64,000 bases of DNA from Lama guanicoe (lineage: Eukaryota), in assembly GCA_013239625.1 (NCBI GenBank), contig MU057051.1, positions 5,799,290 to 5,863,289 on the forward strand, in the 5' to 3' direction. Positions within the stretch are counted from its first letter, which is position 1. Every line of letters begins with the position of its first letter. Under the pieces are notes generated by a model. That model ran no database searches, was not told where the DNA came from, and saw only the letters and a list, made by a program, of their open reading frames with translations. Made by a program: the position numbers and the translations under genes. Positions 50,538 to 63,624 of this stretch are shown here, in pieces.

Positions 50538-51611
50538 ACCACGGGCTGCAGTTCCCACCACACCTTCATTACGGAGGCCAAGTGTGTTTGCAACTCACAA
50601 GTCACACCACCACCATTGCTCTCCTTGGAGTAAAAACCTATTTCTCAATACCCATGACTTTACTAAATGTAGAAAAACAAAAGATGGTCCAAGTTTGACC
50701 ACTTTATTCATTATGTAACTTGTCTGTTCCCAGTAGACATGAACCAATTCCTTTAATGTGTTCATCCTTTTCTCTCTGCCTGAAGTTCACCACACCCACA
50801 TCTGAACAAATAGGTCAGTAGCTGGTCCAAGGCTATGAATTCAGGTCTCCTGATTCTTGGTTCAATGCCCTATCCTCCTTACTACACATTTCATAGACTC
50901 AACAATTTATCTAAAGAATTTACTTTTCTCTATCATCTCTATGAATAGAATTGCATGACAGTTAAACAAGTGCCCTTTAAGCTTTTGTGAAAATGACCAT
51001 TTCTGAAACCCATCATAAGGTCTGATATCTTCTCATCTGGAAGGAATCAGGATTACTTCGTAATACATAATGTAATCTAGGAAGAAGGTATTCTTCAGGG
51101 ATGTCTATACCTAAAATTCTGCAGATCAATCCTCTTTTGGTGAAAAAGAGTATTTCTTAGCTCTGAAACATTTAAAGCTGTAGTCAAGGCAGAGAGAAGG
51201 GTGAAAGTTTAAGACTGAAGTTTGCTTGCTACAAGAACTGCTTGAAGCCTACATTACCTTTAATATTCCTTTGACTGAAAGCCATTATATAATTACACAA
51301 CAAGTCTTTGCACTATAAATCAATGGAACTCATATTAAGTAGCTTTCCTCTGAAGGGACTGAAATGAGATTGGGATTGAGAAAGTGAACAGGGAGATAGC
51401 ATTTGTTAATTTTTCCACTTTAAAATAAATTATTCTTTTTTTCCTTCTCCCAGTTTCACTAAAGATAATGCAAATAAGTAAAGAGGAAGAAATAGCCACC
51501 TATAATCTCACCATCCCCAGGAATAATCAATATTGTTAATTCAGTGTCCATATTTCTAGTCCATTTTATATAGACATAAATATCATTTTTCATTGAAATT
51601 ACGTCTCAATT

Positions 51612-52058
51612 TGTGTTTTAGGTTGGATTTCCCTAGAAGACAAGGATCCAAGTGGAAGTAGTTCATTTGAGCGATGATGTCAAGAAACCCAGGTAGGAAA
51701 GTGAGGCAGAAAAAGGGAAAGCAGCCAGCGAAGTGGATTTACCCAGGAAGCAACCACTGTGAGGACCTGGAGCTGATCCAAAGGAGGAATTCTGACTCCC
51801 ACTGTCAGAATGAAACATGGGCCACAAAGCTATCTCAACAAAGGGGTGAGTGGCCTGGACTGTTCATACATGAACTCCATCAATTACTGTGTCAATGCTC
51901 ATCTAGGGGTATAATTCTTCAGCACTTCTGGCCTGCTAAGCACATGGACAAAGAAAACTCAAGCAAAGAGAAGTAGACGCCGGCAATGAGAAGTACAGCA
52001 AGCATACACCCAGTGAGGGTGAAGGTGTACAGCTGTGGTTCACATAGCATCTACCATA
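51612..52058 (-). mobile_element. ERVL-class LTR (LTR33/LTR40/LTR16-like) nested in an antisense L1ME (about 51410-52440)
   Basis: ttaggttggatttccctagaagacaaggatccaagtggaagtagttcatttgag...aagggaaagcagcca...cagcacttctggcctgc. Confidence 0.75.
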
Positions 52059-52454
52059 ATTGGAATGTTACTTGGTAACTTGCTTTATTAATATCTTTTA
52101 CCTTGAATCTTTTATATGGCATTAAATGGACTGAATAATGATATTAATTGTCACTCCTCTTGGCTGCATACTAGTCTATTAAATGACTACATCTATCTCT
52201 GGTTGTTGGCATTTGAAATTTCTACTTTTTAAATTATAATAGACAAACTGTAATACACATTTTAGTACTGAAATATTTTGTACAACTATAAAAATGTCAT
52301 TATTACAAATAGTCAGAATTGAATTACTGCATCAAAGGATATGCAAAATTGTATGGCTTTTGATTTGCATTGCAAAGCTGCTCTTTTGAAAGACTGCACT
52401 GATTTACACAATTAGCAATGTGTATTTTTCCTATTGTTTTCTGCCCAATATTGA

Positions 52455-52927
52455 GCCAAAGGGACAGGGCTTCCCCCAAAGAGCCATGGTAGCAGCCAAA
52501 ACACTGCCACCCCATTGGGCTTGGAAGGCAGAGCATCAAACCACAGAGAATTATTCTTGAGACTTAAAATTGAATGGAATTTGCCTTGCTAGGTTTTGGA
52601 CTGGCTTGGGACCTGTCACCCTGTTCTTCCTTCCAATTTCTACGTTTTCAAATGGGAATATTTACCCTGTGCCTGTCCATCATCAATATTTTGGATGTAT
52701 ATAACTTGTCTGGTTTCACAAGTTCATAGCTGGAGAAGAATTTTGCCTCAGGATGAACTGCATATTGAATTTCAGCCATATCTGTTTTAGATGATATTTA
52801 GATGAGATGTTGGCCTTGAGACTTTAGAGTTGACGCTAGAATGAGTCAAAAGTTTGGGAGCTGTTGGGATGGAATGCATGCATTTTGCATGTGAGAAGAA
52901 TGAACTTGGGTGGTGGACAGGTGTGGA
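52455..52927 (+). mobile_element. MaLR internal region, 3' end (MLT1-int)
   Basis: gaattattcttgagacttaaaattgaatggaatttgccttgctaggttttggactggcttgggacctg...gactttagagttgacgctagaatgagtcaaaagtttgggagctgttgggatgg, followed by a purine-rich PPT-like tract. Confidence 0.85.
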
Positions 52928-53185
52928 TGCTATAAACTGAATTGTGTCCCCTAAATTCATATGTTGAGGCCTTAAGCCCCAATGTGATGATAATTGGAGA
53001 TGGGGCCTTTGGGAGGTAATTAGGTATAGATGAGGTCATGAAGGTGAGCCTTTCATGATGGGATTATTGCCCTTATCAGAAGAGACACCAGAGAGCTAGC
53101 TCTAGAGCACTCAATCTCTCTCTGCCACGTGAAGACACAGCAAGAAGGCAGCCATCTGCAATCCTGAAAGAGAGCCCTCACCAGA
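52928..53185 (+). mobile_element. MLT1A-type 3' LTR, truncated
   Basis: tgctataaactgaattgtgtcccctaaattcatatgttgaggcc...ggagatggggcctttgggaggtaattagg...gagagccctcaccaga. Confidence 0.9.
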
Positions 53186-53189
53186 TTCC

Positions 53190-53399
53190 CTTTTACAATC
53201 CCCTGGGAAGAGCGGAACACCAAGTAAGCACGCCCACTGAGCAACCTGCTAGGTCTGTTTCCAGCTCACTATGTTTCATGTCTTTCTTTGCCTCTCTTCT
53301 CTTTTTTCCTCTATCTCACTGCACACACGTTTGCACCTCTTTAGGCAGCAACACTTTGCTGCTGCAGGCTCTGCTTTCTAGGAACCCAGAATAAAAACA
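53190..53399 (+). mobile_element. ERVL-class LTR 3' fragment
   Basis: Ends caggctctgctttctaggaacccagaataaaaaca, like ERVL LTR U5 termini. Confidence 0.55.
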
Positions 53400-53964
53400 C
53401 ATTTCTGATAAAGATATTACATTTTAATTATAATAGAAAAAAAGTCCAATGAACCTTTAAAAAACAAAAATAGTATATGCAAAAATTATTGAATTGGATC
53501 ATTTTATGTTTGAGATGGCTATTTAGAAACCATTATCTTTTAGACCTCAAGCAGTAAAGTTTCCAGTTACATCCTTGTATAAAAGCATGGTCTGAATAAC
53601 AGAATATACCTACTTGGATTCATGGCTTTTAGAGAACTATACCCAAATAATAAGAATTAGTGACAAAGTATAAACTTGATGAGAGGTCTCAAATATAGAG
53701 TACAGGTCCATTTTAATGTTTATCACTGACACAGATTTATTTTTAAAACTGAACTGAATGTATAAATAATAGGAAATGGAAAGAATATACAATATTATAA
53801 ATAAAATTCAAATTCAAAGTGACCTCCATCTATAATGTGAAGCATCTCTATCTTACAGTGAATGCTAAAATGTACTGTCGAGGTTAATTTTAACAAAGAT
53901 AAATCTGAAGCTCCAAATTTGGGTTCAGAAATCCAAATGTACAAAAACTGGTTAGAAAGAACGT

Positions 53965-54521
53965 GTTTCTGCAGCAAAGATTGAATTTAGGATTTTAGTT
54001 GATCACAAAACTCATAAGGACACCTTTAAGACTCTAACCCAGTCTTACACACTATTAAGAGGAGTAAGTTGTCCAGATGATCCAGAAGAAATAGTCCACT
54101 ATTCTCTGTTCTGTAAGACTCTTTTTTCAGTGACACTGTGTCCAGCTTTGGGAGTCAATGAGAATCGGAATGCTGTTAAGATAGTTGATATATCTAGGAA
54201 AATTAAGTCTAAAAGATTACAGATCTGAAAAATATGTCATATGAAAAGTAAATGGTTGAAAGGACTAGGAATATTTAACCTAGAGAGTCCCCCTGGGGCA
54301 CTTAACAGGTATCTTCAAATTATTAAAGCACTGTTAATAGAAAAAGATATAGACATACAGATTACAGGTCGTTATAAGAGAGAAAATTCCAGTGATGATG
54401 CCCAGACTTCTGTGGCGATTATCTCCTCATGACTAGAAGTATCCAGTTAGAGGCTGGATGACCATTTAATTCGGGAGTGGAATGGTGGAACAATGGCCTC
54501 TAAAGTTCCCTCTAACTCTAA
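53965..54521 (+). mobile_element. L3/CR1 3' fragment
   Basis: aatagtccactattctctg...actgtgtccagctttggg...tggttgaaaggactaggaatatttaacctagaga...agaggctggatgacca...ggcctctaaagttccctctaactct. Confidence 0.8.
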
Positions 54522-56978
54522 GCCACCCGCTGGAGGAGCCTCAAAATAGCCTTCTTTCATTTTGAAATTTTGTGAATCATTATCATGTGAAGTTCACCTT
54601 AGCAAGTTATTTTTTTAAGTAATAAAAGTCCCACACGTCTTTGAAACATAAGACAAGTAGACAACTATTATCCTACAACTGAACAAAATAAATTCTTTTT
54701 TTAAAGGTCATGAGCAAAGAAGGATCATTAATATTCAGGAAGAGAATATGCACAGTGCTGATATAATGAGCAGAATGGAGATTTGATTCAAGTGGGGAGG
54801 AACAAGCCTGAATTTATAATCAAAGCTGGGGCTATCACCGCTCGGGCGGAGATCAGTAGCACAGTAGTAGCTGCTACTACTAGCAGAGAGGGTAGAAATA
54901 GCAAAACGTAGCAAAGAGGGTAGCACAGAGGTTCTCACCTAAACAGCAGTGAATGACAAAGCCAAGAGAGTGCGCATAACCCAAAACCTTTAAATAAAAC
55001 CTAGGTCCCCTAGTCCAGAGCTGATATCATAAGGACTATGCAATGAAAAGACATCACAAACAGGTATCAGAAATGAGGTATGGAGCCAAGAATCTGGCCA
55101 GGAAGATAAAAGCAGGGCCTGGGTAACAGCCAAGAATTGTGTTCCCTGGATACACATTTAGATGGAGTTTACTGAACATGAGATTGGAAGTTCATAGCAT
55201 GAAAAATGAAAAAAAAATTTGAGAGAGATAATTTGTCTTGCAAACTGTTCTTCTCAAAGACTTCTTCTATAAAAGATTATAACCTTCCTTTTGCCTTTTT
55301 TTTGGGGGGGGGTTATATATCCTTTCTTATATGAAATAATGATAATTGCAAATTTTGTTTTGTTCTGTTGAATGCTTTCACTGGCAATGGGAAATACTAA
55401 CAAACCTGGGCCAACCTCTTCGTTTGTTTTCCTTTTAATTTCACCAGTCTGTGAAATTTAAAAATCTGGGAGCAAGTGGCTCAGAACATCCATTTGTGTT
55501 TACAATTTGATTTTGTGATGCAGTTGGGGTAACATGTTAAGTCTGGACTGAAAAGAAGTTTGAAAAGAAACAATTTTATCTGACAAGTACAATCAATAAC
55601 TGTACAATATAATTTCCTACATGCCACACAACTTCATTCATTTTTAAATATTCAAATATTTTAAATATCAAAAATTTTAAGTATCAAACTATTATGAAGA
55701 CTACATAGGGTACTTTTTTGTTCTAGTTTGTTTTACTGTGTTCATTAACTGCTTTAATGAATGCAGAGTAACTAGCTTTATTGTTCTGTGAATGTATGTG
55801 TTCATTTACAACATTCAACTGAGGAAAAAAATCAAAGTTAACAATTTTCAGTAATTAAATGTTAAGTAGTCAAAATACTAAACAGCATTACCCAGATATA
55901 TTTCTAAATGCATATAAAAACTTCTTAATATTTCAATCTCAAATAAAATATACCTATGGCATAAAATTATAGTTCAAATCATGCAATTATGACTGAGTCT
56001 TGTTGGGTACTTATTCTAATCAATGTATCACCCTTCTGAAGATTAAAATAAACCATGAACATGAACTCTAAGCATATTTATACTTCTAAAATGTAACAGA
56101 AATATGTTAGCCGTTAGGCCACAGACAAGCATTATTTTTCTGAGCCTATTTCCAAATCTCATTATGAGGAAAATAATGAGACGTACTATATACAACTGTG
56201 AGTTATTTTTAATCACTGGAAATTGTATCAGTCATGTCATAATACTAAAATAAAATCAAGCACAATTGAATTTAATAATATTCCTAAGCAAATAATTCAA
56301 GATGCATGCCAAAGTCAGTGATTTACATTATCTTCAGCTTTCACTGTGTAAATATGCTACAAAACAGAGTTTCAATTGATAGAATACTAGATAATATATT
56401 GCCTACTCTAATTTCTACCTAACCACCAAGATTATAGATGTACTTATCAAAAATGAAGAAATTAAAATATGACATATAACACTCATCTGAGCATAAAAAT
56501 ACCATTTCTGTGAGAGCTAAATTAGAAGTCTCAAAATAATATGTGTCATTTTCTTACACTAACATGTTCCAAATTAAGAAAGCAGCATGTTAAGTATAAG
56601 TCTTAATTTATGAACTGCCTTTGGGAATGAAATAAATTCTGGGTGACCAAGCTGTTTCAAAAATAACTTTGCATTCATTATTTTAAGCAACACTGAAGAA
56701 AACCTTCACACCAGCTCACGACCATGCTTTCCGTCTAATAAGGCAAGTGTCACCCCCAAGAAGCTAGTTTATCATGTAACATTTCTATTCAATCATTTCA
56801 TTTTTCGTATAATTTTCCTCTAATCCTTTGTCAAAACATGAGGAAGAAACAGAATCTTTTCTCTGCATAATTTTCCCTCAGCAGACTGCCATTGCCAGCA
56901 GCAGCAGATTAATAATAGATGCTCAGTGACTCTTCAAGTATTACTGGCATTAGGCAGCAGAGCCTGGGGTTAACAAAG

Positions 56979-56994
56979 AGGTCACTTAGGGTCA
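56979..56994 (+). promoter_or_regulatory. DR-4 nuclear receptor response element (LXR/RXR or TR/RXR type)
   Basis: AGGTCA-CTTA-GGGTCA: two RGGTCA half-sites with a 4-bp spacer, in repeat-free sequence. Confidence 0.5.
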
Positions 56995-58069
56995 TTCTGC
57001 TCAATGGATGTACAGTAATATTTTGCTAAATCTCTCTTCCATGGAATTTAAAAATTTTAATATCTTCTCTCAGGTTCATGAAAATTCCTAGGAGTTTATG
57101 TTTGCAAGTCTGACTCTGAGCTTCTTTTCCCAATACTAATTCAGCTGAGAGGAGAATTTCTGTCTCATGCATGCTATTTTTAGTCTGCCTGGTGACCATG
57201 CAAATGTGGAAACCAACAGACTTCCTGAATTTCTACAAAATTCACGCCAGCAAACTCTACCAAGGATTTGAGTTATAAGAAGTATTTACATCACAGAAAC
57301 ACAAACATTTACCAGTAAGTAGACTTTTTTCTCAAAACCTTCTCCTTCCTTAGTCTTCTTGTCTCCCCCTTCCTTCTCCTCCTTCTTATTACTAATTTCC
57401 AACTTTTCAAAATGTATAACCTGGGCTCCAGCCTCCACTCTGCTATTTTATCCACCTCTTTTTCTTCTTTTCTTCTTCTATGCTATTTCCCTGTCTTCTT
57501 TGCCCCTCGAGGAAGTAAAATAGAAACAGCTCATTTTTAATGCAAAATAGTTCAAATTCCTCTTACCAATAATGCCGGTTACACTGACAATAAAAGCAAT
57601 ATCAAAGTAATTCACTTAGAATTCAAAGGTGTTTCTTAGTTTACAGGTTCCAATCTAAAATTCAAAATTACTTGGAATAATAAAACCTAAAGGTGCTATG
57701 ATTCAAATATCCCTTGCTAAATAACTCTGATGTGGAATAAATTCTACGAAGATGACTTTAGGCAAGTAGTTCCTATCCAAAAATAAACATATCTTAGAGG
57801 GTTACAGGCATAAGCCAAGTCAAAGCACATAGGCAGAAGTCAAGGTTCATGAGCCCTGAATGTGCTTGGCATGTGTATTCATCAGAATCACATATTCTTA
57901 CCTCTCCTTTATATGTGCAAGCACTGAGTTGTAGAGCAAATTAGTTATTAAGATTGTCCTTTAAAGTTCTAATGAGTTCTCCAGCAATTTACTCAGATAT
58001 ATAAATACCTTTTTCTCTATTTCACCATTAGCTACCCAAACAAAAGCAAGCAAGCTGATTTTCACTTTC

Positions 58070-59060
58070 AGTCCTGAAGGAGTACCAGAATTCAGAATTA
58101 ACCTACTATCATAAACAACCAGAAAACTAGAAAAGTATAGGGGAAAAACCCCACAATTTTCAGATATTGGACTGCAGTCAGTGTAGGGCTATGATGCCAG
58201 ACAGAAATAAAAGAAATGAGGTAAACCTCGTAATTTCCCATACCTTCTACCTTGATGCAATTTCCAGAGAGCCGAATAGAAAGGAATGATCTGAAAAGAG
58301 TTTAGAAAAAGAGCTCAGATTTCAGGAAAGTAGAAGTGGCTAAAATTTCCAGGGCAGAGTACCTGAGAAATCAAAAGAGATATATAAGACCTGAAAAACA
58401 CGAAGAACCAACTTGGCCTAATTGACATAGTGAACATTCTGACCAATAACTGCAGAATACACTTTCTTTTCAAATCCACATGGAATACTCACCAATGTAT
58501 ACCATATATTGATTCATAAAACAAATTTCAGTAAATTTAAAAGAACAAAATCATACCAAGCATATTCTCTGATCATATACAATTAAATTAAGAAAGAAAA
58601 CATAACACTATCTTGAAATTCTCAAAATATTTGGAATGAAACAACACATTTCTAAATAAGAAATAACAAGTAAAATATTTAAATAAATGAAAATGAAAAC
58701 CCAACACACTATAATTTGAGGAACATAGCTATGGACTAAAAGCAACATTCTAAGCCTCTACTTGGAAGAAGCTGGTAAAAAAGCAAATTAAACCCAAGGA
58801 AATTAGGAGGAAAAAAATAATAAACATAAGAGCAGAAATCACTGAAATAGAAAACAGAAAAATAATAGAGAAAATCAATCCAAAAGATGATTATAAAGTT
58901 CTAGCTAGACTGATCAAGAATAAAGAGAGAAGACTCAAATTACCAATGTCAGTGATGAAATGAGAGGATATCACTGGAGACCCTACAGGTATTAAAAGAG
59001 TGATAAGTGAATGCTATGAATAACTTCATGACCATTAATATGAAAACTTAGATGAAATGT
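58070..59060 (+). mobile_element. Old LINE-1: 5' region fragment joined to ORF2 fragments
   Basis: aactgcagaatacactttcttttcaaatccacatggaatactcacca...agagcagaaatcactgaaatagaaaacagaaaaataatagagaaaatcaa...aaacttagatgaaatg. Confidence 0.88.
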
Positions 59061-60399
59061 CACATGCTCATCCTCAACCAGTCTCTTCAAGGCTGTGAAA
59101 TGTTTTGCTTGGCCTAACTTTGGTTACATGTTTACTTCTTTCATTGAAGGTTCAGATTCACTCAAACCACATGGGTTATGAATTTAAGAGAGGTATTGAG
59201 TAGGCAAAGAAAACATATGTCTATTCTACAACAGTGGTCCATGTTTAACCTTGCTATTTCGTCTTTCGCATTTGTATCACTGGGTAGTCACTGTTTTGAA
59301 GTCAATTTCTCTATCTAAAGGACACATTCTTCCTATCTAGGAAGAATGTAAGAAATTAGCCTATGAAATGCCTTGCCTAGTTCATGCTCTATATTCTTTC
59401 TAGGGTCTTTTGACATCTTCCACAATTTTTGACACAAATTGACAACTGGTGAAAGTTAAAACTTTTAAGTCGAGCTCCATCTAAATTCTAGGATCAATCT
59501 TGAATTTCGTCAATGGAAAGTTAAAAAAAATTTTTAATTTTAGCATGAAGTCTCTACTGCTGATTACTGTTTTTGGACCTTGGGTCTATGGACGTCTTCT
59601 CTGGGCCTTTTCTTTGTTCTTAACATCATGGCCCAACAATGCCTTCAAGTACCTATAGGCTAGGAAGTGGCTCTACCTAGGTCTTTCTAGTATTACTATT
59701 CTAAACCCTCAGCTTTATTGTTGGGCCCTACCCTGTGAGACCTGACTCCTCTGAAGCCAGCTTATGTTCTCATAGTCAATGAGCGTTGCTCCCCTGCTGA
59801 GACATTCTGGGATGTATCTGTTTCTTACAGTGTAGATTTTATACATTACCAAGATATAACTAAAGGCTCTTTCTAAAAGAGATTAGGATTATTGAATCAC
59901 CTACCTTCCTGGAAATTTTATTTCTGAAAATAAACTGAATTAGGATATAAGGAATATGAATTGTACAATCTGCACATTTAAAAAATCAGCCATTCGTTAA
60001 AACAACCTAAAAATGTCTTAAAGAAAATAACTATCTTTATGTGAATACACAAATATGCCTGGCTTGGGCTGTGTGAGCAACTTAAACACTATTTCATTTA
60101 ATCTCCATACCACTCTGCAAGGTAAAAACTAAAAATCTCTTTTAATAAATGTGTATATTAAGTAACTTGATCAAATTCATAGGTTGTTGAAGTTCAAACT
60201 AAGTTTGTAATATCACTAATTTCATAGATTCATTAGTACCATAAAATCTATTAAATATAAGTGAGGAAAACAAAAAAGGGTCCATCATAAAATTAGAACA
60301 GGAGTTCATTTCATTGAGAGATAAAAGAGTGTAGTGGAAAAAATACAACTCTGGAGTGAAATAAACTGCTATTTAAATCCTAGAGATGTTAGAATGTTT

Positions 60400-61300
60400 T
60401 AGTATATCAGTTAGCATAATTTTCAACATTGAGTTTGAAGATGAAAATGATATAGCCATAGCCAACAAATAAGTTAAAGCATTCAATGAAATCTCATTTA
60501 TTTATAGTACAAAGTAAGTCTAGAAGGGAACTTACTCAACCTGATAAAAACCTACAGAAATATCATTACTAATTATTTTTTTAAAAAGACTTCTTTAAAA
60601 TCAAGAATGACAAAGTTTTCTGGCAAATATGCTGGTCTGAAAAGTAAGCCTTCCAAGAAAATAATAAATGAATGAATGAATGGCATAACATATGTGATAA
60701 TCTTACAGAGAAAATTATAAATCTTCACTGAAGTATTAAAGAAGACAAATAATGGACAAACATACTCTGCTTATAGATAGGAAGATAGTGTTTATAGATA
60801 TTGATCCTTCCCAAATTGAACTATAAATTTATGTAATTTCAATCAAAATCCTAACAAGAATTTTTTCACAGAAAATTATAAGCTAATTTCAAATTTCTAT
60901 AGAACAGTAAAATAAATAGAAAATATTCCCCCAAAACTGATTATTAGAGGGAACATTACCCAACAAAATAGCAAGATTTATTAAGCTAAATTAGTTTAGA
61001 GAGTTAGTAGTAATTCATCTTAAATGTTATGCATTGATTAAAAAAAAATAAAGCAGACAAACAGAACACAATCTAGAGCCCAGAATCTGACCAACATATA
61101 TTAATAAATGTGATCTCTAACAAAGATGGCATTGCAAACCAGTGGGACAACAGTGGACTACTCAATAAATGGTCCTGGGGGGGGGAATTCCATATAAAAA
61201 AGTGAATCTTGATTTCCTACCTCACACTATCCACAAAAACTAATCCCATTTATATTAAACATGTAGGCACAGAAGCAAAACATTAAAACTTTCAGAAGAG
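60400..61300 (+). mobile_element. Old LINE-1 ORF2 (RT to C-terminal) fragment
   Basis: tagaagggaacttactcaacctgataaa...cttcccaaattgaactataaatttatgtaatttcaatcaaaatcc...cttgatttcctacctcacactatccacaaaaactaat. Confidence 0.88.
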
Positions 61301-61307
61301 ACTGTGA

Positions 61308-61915
61308 CCTTCTTCTCTTGCTGTCCCCAAATGCCACCCATGGGCTAGTTTGGTGCTGCCTGGCACTTCTTTTGTAAAATGGCAGCTAAAACTACTCCAG
61401 CAGTCATGCTAGCCAATAAAAAGCCCATGTGTAGACTCAGGGCTGAGAACGAGGATCAAGATAATTTCAAGTGGCAGGATAGGCACCGTAGTGCAGTTTA
61501 AAATTAAGACGTTTATACCACTTAGTAAACTAATGAAAACATATTGTAAACAACAGGGCTTTTCAATAAGGCAGATCAGCTCCTGATTTGGTGGGCAGGC
61601 AATCAATAAAAGACACACCTGCAGAGCTGGAAATGGGACGGAAGAGGCTGTCAGTGTGCATCCCAGCAGCAGACAGAGAGTGTCTAGTAAACAGAGAAAG
61701 TACTTGCTACCTTTCTCTGGACCTGTGTCCTCAGGTAAAGCAATGTATTCTAAATTTAAAAACCATGATTTGATTTCAACACACTCTGGCTGCTACAATA
61801 GGCTTTCTTTAGTCTTTTGTTTCACCTTCTTGATTCATTTTAATTGTATATAAAATAACTGATGTATGCAAACAGATACTTTGCATTTTATTTTCCAAAT
61901 AGACAATGATATGCA
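61308..61915 (+). pseudogene. SUMO2: Processed (intronless) SUMO2 pseudogene with 5' UTR, disabled CDS (about 61406-61690) and proximal 3' UTR
   Basis: Piecewise translation [20 protein letters not shown] / [42 protein letters not shown] / DTPAELEM / QQQTESV* aligns to SUMO2 ([80 protein letters not shown]). Frameshifts, an in-frame TGA, no introns. Flanks resemble SUMO2 rather than SUMO3 UTRs as recalled. Confidence 0.93.
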
Positions 61916-63624
61916 AAACTGGGAATGAAAGGGGTTACTCAACTCTTATAAACTGATATGACTCTCCCAACTTTAAACTTTTGTAATTACTCCCATGCAA
62001 AGAAACTCTCTTCAAATTACCCCAGTCTGAATCTGTTTTCTTGGACTCTGATTCACATACCTATTTTTCCCAGGCCTGGCACCAAAGCAGAATGTTTGGT
62101 GGCAAAATCTACATAATTGTTCACTGGTTGATGTAATCTGATCTGGCTGAGGTGTCACAACCTGAATCCTCAGGGATCAGAATTAGATACAAGCCCCTAA
62201 ATGTGTTTCTAGAAATCAGGACAAGAAGTAACAAAATGAGTTCTATTTGTAGGAATATATTCCCATAAAACCTACATGAATCTATAGACAACAAAATGGA
62301 AGTAAGTATATGAAGTACCTACTTATTCCAGTAACAGATTGCTTATTTTTGCTTAAACTTGAAATTTTATACAAATAGTTTCTAATCTGTTTGTGTATGA
62401 AGACATTTGTTAATAATAAGGAATGTATTTGTGAGGTAAAATATAAAAATCTTATTGTTTATGTACCTTACAATAAAAATATGAAAACTAACCAAAACAT
62501 TTTTAAAGGAAAATTCTGTATTTCTTTGGTCTAAAGGCTCATTTAACTTCAGACATTGAGGATGATATTAACTCTGTGATTCCAAGGTCAGGAGCAAGGA
62601 TACCTGGAGGTTTCAGTTCCTGAACCACTTGTCAGGTTCAAGATCCTTAAGCATGCTGATCACAGCTAAGAGGATTTGTTTTCCTCTGTGTTATTTTTCT
62701 GTTCTGTCAGATCATTAGCAGTATTTAAATTGTATTTTTTAAGCCCTCTTCTCTTCTCCAGCTTGTGTGTTTTTTAAATTTGTTTCTAATATAAATGACA
62801 GAAGACATTTCCCACCCCAGCCCCAACTACTTCCCCAGTGTCATCTCCTATTTATCCACCCAACAGCCTCTCCCCAGTCTCCGTCTGCTCCCGGCACAGC
62901 CATACCTCAGGGCTCCTACTGCAGGCCACAGTGCTCATCCTTCTTACCTGTGGCATACATCATGTCCCCTTGTCTAGAAAGCCCTTCCCCTCTTTTCCAC
63001 TGAACCCCTTCTAGCAGCTGCCCCTTGATATTCTCCTTCCACTCCTTAGCACACAGAATTGTCTTAGGGCTCTGGTACAGGCAGGGGCCAGAAATTCCTT
63101 GCTTCTTCCCTACATCATTCTAGGCAGGTACTGTCTGCTCTACCCTGAAATATTATGTTGGCTTCTAAGTCAATGTGCCACACATGTTGTGAGAACCAGC
63201 TGTATGCTGGGCATCCTGCTAAGCTCTGACAATACAAAGACTGCCAGGGTGGCAGAGTAAAGAAGGTGGGAGACAACAGGAACCCAGGCAAAGAAGCACA
63301 TTACAAAGGTCCATTCTGGAGGCACGTGTGAAAGGCTGTGAGCACATTGATGCTGTCAGCAAGCAGCATGATCAAAGGCCGTGTGTGGTGGGCAGGAAAG
63401 AGTTTAAGACATTCCCTGCTGGTACTAGTCTGCAGCCTATCATTGCAAAGTCACATCCATACTGTTTCTGATCATTTGGGAGAGAAGACAAAAAAATCTT
63501 AGCGCAAGCAGAGTGTTTTCGGTGGATACCAATCTTCCTGCAGCCCTTTTTCAGAACACACACAAGAGGCCCTCTGTGGCCACATCAAATTCCCTATGAC
63601 AGGGCTCACTGCACCACATCTCTG

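Noticed and set aside
53913-53922. CArG box CCAAATTTGG
   Set aside because: Several such 10-mers are expected by chance in 64 kb of AT-rich DNA; no supporting context.
61406-61690. Functional SUMO gene
   Set aside because: Frameshifts, premature stop codons and no diglycine motif.
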